This document shows, in pieces, positions 56,134-64,000 of a stretch of DNA of 64,000 nucleotides. This stretch comes from Thermoanaerobaculaceae bacterium. GTDB taxonomy: Bacteria > Acidobacteriota > Thermoanaerobaculia > Multivoradales > UBA5704. The notes beneath the pieces are model-generated. The model made no database searches. It had not been told where the DNA came from and saw only the letters and a list, made by a program, of their open reading frames with translations. How positions within the stretch are numbered: position 1 is the first letter of the stretch; each line of letters opens with the position of its first letter. The translations under genes and the position numbers were made by a program. The stretch covers positions 432,578 through 496,577 of the forward strand of contig CAVZUZ010000012.1 of assembly GCA_963778565.1 (NCBI GenBank), given 5' to 3'.

Positions 56134-56354
56134 CTCCTTGAAGCCGCGTTGTCGTACCCGTAACTATTTCGTTTCCAAGCTGTTGCAGACAACGAGCGGC
56201 AGGGTCTCCCAAGATGCCCCACAGGGAGCCGCGACAATTTGCCGCAGGCCGGGACGCTACGCCTCCGGTGAACCCCGGCGAATGCCCATCCTGCCGCGGT
56301 TTGGTGATGTTTAGGGACAAAAAGTCGCTGATGGGTAAATTTGTCGCGGCCCTC

Positions 56355-56450
56355 GCCCGGCGCTTCCGCACCGGGCTACAGAGATGTCGCTCCTCTGGAG
56401 CGATCGCCCTTGGGGCGACGTTTCGATAGCCCGGTGCGGAAGCGCCGGGC
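56355..56450. repeat. Type C palindromic repeat, copy 3
   Basis: GCCCGGCGCTTCCGCACCGGGCTACAGAGATGTCGC...CGATAGCCCGGTGCGGAAGCGCCGGGC. It abuts the activator stop at 56452 and may act as a terminator. Confidence 0.85.
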
Positions 56451-56451
56451 C

Positions 56452-57935
<1,484 letters not shown>

Positions 57936-58030
57936 TGTACCGCGTCCCTCGGCGGGCCGCCGGTCCGATCCGGACGGCCCTCCAGGAATACGCTCTGAAT
58001 CCGTTTCGGTTTCGCGCCGGCTACTGCCGG

Positions 58031-58246
58031 CTATTCGTACCAGCAGGCGCCGACGGAGTTCCACGAGCCGCAGGTGACCTTGCGGCACCAGCGGTCCGTC
58101 CACTGGGGGCAGCCGCAGACGGTGCTGGGAGGCTTGCCCGGGCAGTAGGTGTCGCACGAGGGGTAGCACGCGGCCTCGCCCGTCGTCGATGACGAGACAC
58201 AACAGAGCCCGAGCGTGACGGCGAGCAGGAGCAGCTTTCTCTTCAT
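58031..58246 (-). CDS. Secreted Cys-rich peptide (71 aa precursor, with 8 Cys in the mature part of about 46 aa)
   Basis: A strong SD (TAGGAGGACCC) precedes the ATG at 58246. The signal peptide is MKRKLLLLAVTLGLCCVSSSTTGEA. The mature part is ACYPSCDTYCPGKPPSTVCGCPQWTDRWCRKVTCGSWNSVGACWYE. Confidence 0.65.
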   Translation of the reverse strand: MKRKLLLLAVTLGLCCVSSSTTGEAACYPSCDTYCPGKPPSTVCGCPQWTDRWCRKVTCGSWNSVGACWYE

Positions 58247-58390
58247 GGGTCCTCCTAGTCTCGGCAGGCGATGCATCTCCCGAACCGCGGGAGGCATGCG
58301 CTCCCGTTTATTTCGGTGTTCCGAGAACAAGGAAGCGAGACGGCCGGCTTGACTTCGCTCCATTGCTGTGTTCTTTTGACTTCCGCATCC

Positions 58391-58406
58391 TGGCGCAAAA
58401 ATCGCT
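58391..58406 (+). promoter_or_regulatory. Weaker sigma-54 promoter candidate upstream of the cupredoxin/MCO genes
   Basis: TGGCGC-AAAAA-TCGCT (GG and GC correctly spaced) lies 43 nt before the ATG at 58449. A possible UAS dyad TGTTCCGAGAACA lies at 58317..58329. Confidence 0.4.
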
Positions 58407-58448
58407 GCCTCCGGCCTCGGCGCTAAATCTCTATGGAGGGTTGACCCC

Positions 58449-58757
58449 ATGCCGTTCCAATGGCGAATCGCAATCAACAAGAACCCCCAGGGGCCCTCGC
58501 CCCGGGTCGTATTCGATCCCGATCCCCTCCCGGCGAGCGTGCTGGACCAGATCCTCTGGACCAACAACGACGACAGCGAGGCGCACTGGCCCGGCCTGCT
58601 CAAGGACGACGGAAGCATCGACGAGACGTTCTTCATGCCGAACCAGATCGCACCGAACGGCGACGTCTCGGCGACCTTTTCAACCACTGCGGCGGCCACC
58701 TTCAAGTACGCCTGCTCCCTTCACCCGAAAGAGCAGGGCACGATCGAAGTGACCTAG
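58449..58757 (+). CDS. Small cupredoxin-like protein (102 aa)
   Basis: ILWTNNDDSEAHWPG and FKYACSLHPKEQGTIEV fit a cupredoxin His...Cys-x2-His pattern, with Gln where Met is usual. GGAGGG SD is present. Confidence 0.65.
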   Translation: MPFQWRIAINKNPQGPSPRVVFDPDPLPASVLDQILWTNNDDSEAHWPGLLKDDGSIDETFFMPNQIAPNGDVSATFSTTAAATFKYACSLHPKEQGTIEVT

Positions 58758-58801
58758 GTCCGACACCCGAGAGAACGGGTCCGCGACAACGGAGGGATCC
58801 C

Positions 58802-61036
58802 ATGCGATTCATGTCGAGTGCGGTATTCGCCCTTACGCTGGTTTCCGCCCTGGCTCCGGCAGGGGCGCAGCAAGCCGTCTGCACGCCGGGACGGGACCTC
58901 ATCACCATCCCGGAGATCAAGAGCCAGAACAAACGTCTCCAGGGAGTGATCATGCTCAGCGATGAGCAGCGTTCCCTGGCGGGCGCGGCCACCGGCACCC
59001 CGTGTCGGCCGCAGCAGCTCAGGTACTTCAAAGGTTACAGCACGCAGGGACCGCGGATGGACTGGCCGTCCACCGGCGACCCCATTCCCGGGCCGACGCT
59101 GCGGGCGCGGGTCGGCGACCGGGTGCAGCTCACGTTCCTCAATCAGGTCAACCCCAGCAATTTCCCCAACAGCCTGGACCAGGGCGAGCAGGGCAAGACC
59201 GAGGGCTGCGACACTGCGAGAGCCCCGCGCAAGGACAGCCCCACAACTTCTCAAGAGATCTACCCGCTGAACGACGTCGATCCCAACTGCTTGCACGGCT
59301 CGAGCACCGCGAACCTCCATTTCCACGGCACCCACACGACGCCGAGCACCACGGGCGACAACGTCCTGCTCTTCATCCGTCCCGCCCTCCGTCAGGGTGG
59401 CCAGATCGCTCCCGACGATGCCTTCGTCAAGGAGCAATTCTCGGATTTCTTCAACTGGTGCGCTGCCAACGGCCCGCCGCAGGAGTGGGAGCAGATGCCT
59501 CCGAAATGGCAATCGCGGCAGCAGGAGCTTCCTGGAGACCTACGACAAGACCGCTCCCTACAAGGGCGTGCCCGGCAACTTGCCCGCCAGCATGAAGCTG
59601 TGGCCGAAGAACGAGGAGAGACTGAAGAAAGGCCTCTGGCCGCAATACTCGATCGGCGCCTTCCCCTACTGCTTCAACCTGCCGGCCTACGACCCGGCCA
59701 AGGTGAAGATGGGGCAGGCGCCGGGCACGCACTGGTACCACGCGCACAAGCACGGCTCGACCGCCCTCAACGTCGGCAACGGCATGACCGGCGCGTTCGT
59801 CATCGAAGGCGACTATGACGACGCGCTGAGGAAGTTCTACCGGGAGACCTCGTCCCACAAGAACTGGGGCCTGCAGGAGCAGGTGCTGGTGATCCAGCAG
59901 TTGGAGACCGCGCTGAACGTGCTCAGCCCGCTCAACCGTCAAGGGAAGGTCCAACTAGGTGGCGGGCCGGCTCCACTGTCGGTCAACGGGCGGCTGAGCC
60001 CGGTGGTGACGATGAGGCCCAACCAGGTCCAGATGTGGCGGGTGATCAACACCGCCCCCCGCACGTTCGTGCAGTTCCACAGCTTCACCACGGGCGGCCC
60101 GCACAGGGAGAGCCCCGCCTGGCGGCAGATCGCCCAGGACGGCGTGCAGTTTTCCTACACCAACTATCAGCGGGTGGGGGCCGTAAATGCCCAGTTCAAC
60201 CTGGCGTCCGCGAACCGCGCCGACCTGCTGGTGCGCGCGCCGGCCTTCGAAGGCGTCTACCAGCTCCAGGTCGTCCAGTCGGTGAGCGATGTCCCCTCGG
60301 GCACGCCGACGACGCTGCTGACGGTCCGGGTGAAGGCGGACGGAAAGAAGATCGATCCTCCCATGGACTTCATCAAGGACGAGAGGGACTTCCCCGAGCT
60401 GCCGCCGTTCCTGAAGACCATCCAGGGGCCCTTCCTGCTACAGCGGGAGCTGTGGTTCAACACCGATCCGGGCCCCGGCCGGGGAGGGGGGAAGATGCCG
60501 CTCCACACGATCAACGACAAGCTTTTCGACGGCCATCACGTCGACCAGACGATGTACCTGGACACCGACGAGGAGTGGACGGTGCTCAACCAGAGCGGCA
60601 TCGCACATCCGTTCCACATCCATATCAATCCTTTCCAGATCGTGGAGGTGTTTCAGCCGAACTCCCCGTCCGCCAAGGACAAGAACAGCGACTGCTACGC
60701 GGACCCGGCCAAGCCGGAGACCTGGAAACCGTGCCAGCCGCTCACACCGCCCTTCGTCTGGTGGGACACCTTCGCCATCCCCACCGCCCGAAAGGACGCG
60801 CTGCCCAGCTCCGTCTGCACCGAGCTCGACAAGTGTCCTGATGACATCCAGAAGTACACATCGTGCTCGAACGGCACCTGCACGGCGACCATTCCCGGCT
60901 ACTTCAAGATGCGCAGCCGGTTCGTGGACTTCACCGGCCAGTTCGTGCTCCATTGCCACATCCTGATGCACGAGGACCGGGGGATGATGCAGCTCATCGA
61001 GGTCGTCGACAAACCGGTGACCCCCTACGAGCACCA

Positions 61037-61040
<4 letters not shown>
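58802..61040 (+). CDS. Multicopper oxidase (three-domain, large inserts), secreted. The frame is broken near 59520.
   Basis: Copper motifs are [27 protein letters not shown] and [14 protein letters not shown] signal peptide follows the ATG at 58802. Confidence 0.85.
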
Positions 61041-63924
<2,884 letters not shown>

Positions 63925-64000
63925 CCTAGCAGAGGGAGCGGGACCGTCGGTGGTCCCGAGGGACGGAAACAGGGGCGCCGTCAAAGTCGGCCGGAGCGCC

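Noticed and set aside
58266-58283. Second sigma-54-like element (CGGGAG-N5-TCGC) upstream of the Cys-rich peptide gene
   Set aside because: Only the GG/GC spacing fits. The -24 hexamer is poor and the implied 5' UTR would be only about 11 nt. It is kept as a remark only.

Overview
High-GC bacterial chromosomal segment, by inference Acidobacteriota-like (ADOP-family permease remnant; many wHTH-TPR, sigma-54 and Ser/Thr-kinase regulators). About 60 protein-coding genes, mostly on the minus strand. No rRNA, tRNA or CRISPR array was seen. Recognisable content, in order: a glgX-like debranching enzyme with CBM20; a lower-GC islet with an AidA/PixA-like gene, a cystatin-like gene and an unknown gene; an STPK-TPR kinase, an FHA-like sigma-54 activator and a radical SAM gene; a truncated ADOP permease; a wHTH-TPR regulator; an ECF sigma factor; a cyclase-family hydrolase; a BlaI/BlaR1-like pair; a decayed phosphodiesterase; SpoIIE-type phosphatases; BrnT/BrnA; a PspA(IM30) + tandem-AAA+ operon; a GT39-like glycosyltransferase; msrA; a 7-gene RDD/SpoIIM-like/DUF4129/DUF4350/MoxR/DUF58 operon; two tandem pcm genes with an amidohydrolase, a TldD/PmbA-like gene and an isoaspartyl peptidase; a lower-GC islet with DUF433/DUF5615 and RHH modules plus a 974-aa TIR-STAND(NB-ARC)-TPR gene; an RsbW/RsbV/RsbU-type operon behind a strong sigma-54 promoter match; a GAF-type sigma-54 activator; a Cys-rich secreted peptide; a cupredoxin and a multicopper oxidase; and uvrA. 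Structure not explained by genes includes four families of dispersed palindromic REP/MITE-like repeats. There are also several phased short-repeat arrays: 20 x CAAGCTTG at 20-22 bp spacing next to a tiny RHH gene, about 16 x 19-bp TTGCGGTGAAGAA units, inverted 9-bp AAGGAC arrays, and a coding 21-bp repeat. Roughly 20 reading-frame breaks (including two in uvrA) mean either an indel-rich assembly or gene decay. Frame-broken genes are reported as single spans. Top candidates for novel biology are the TIR-STAND NLR-like gene and its islet, the PspA + tandem-AAA+ (ESCRT-III/Vps4-like) operon, and the CAAGCTTG array + RHH cassette. All family assignments come from reading motifs by eye; no database search was possible.
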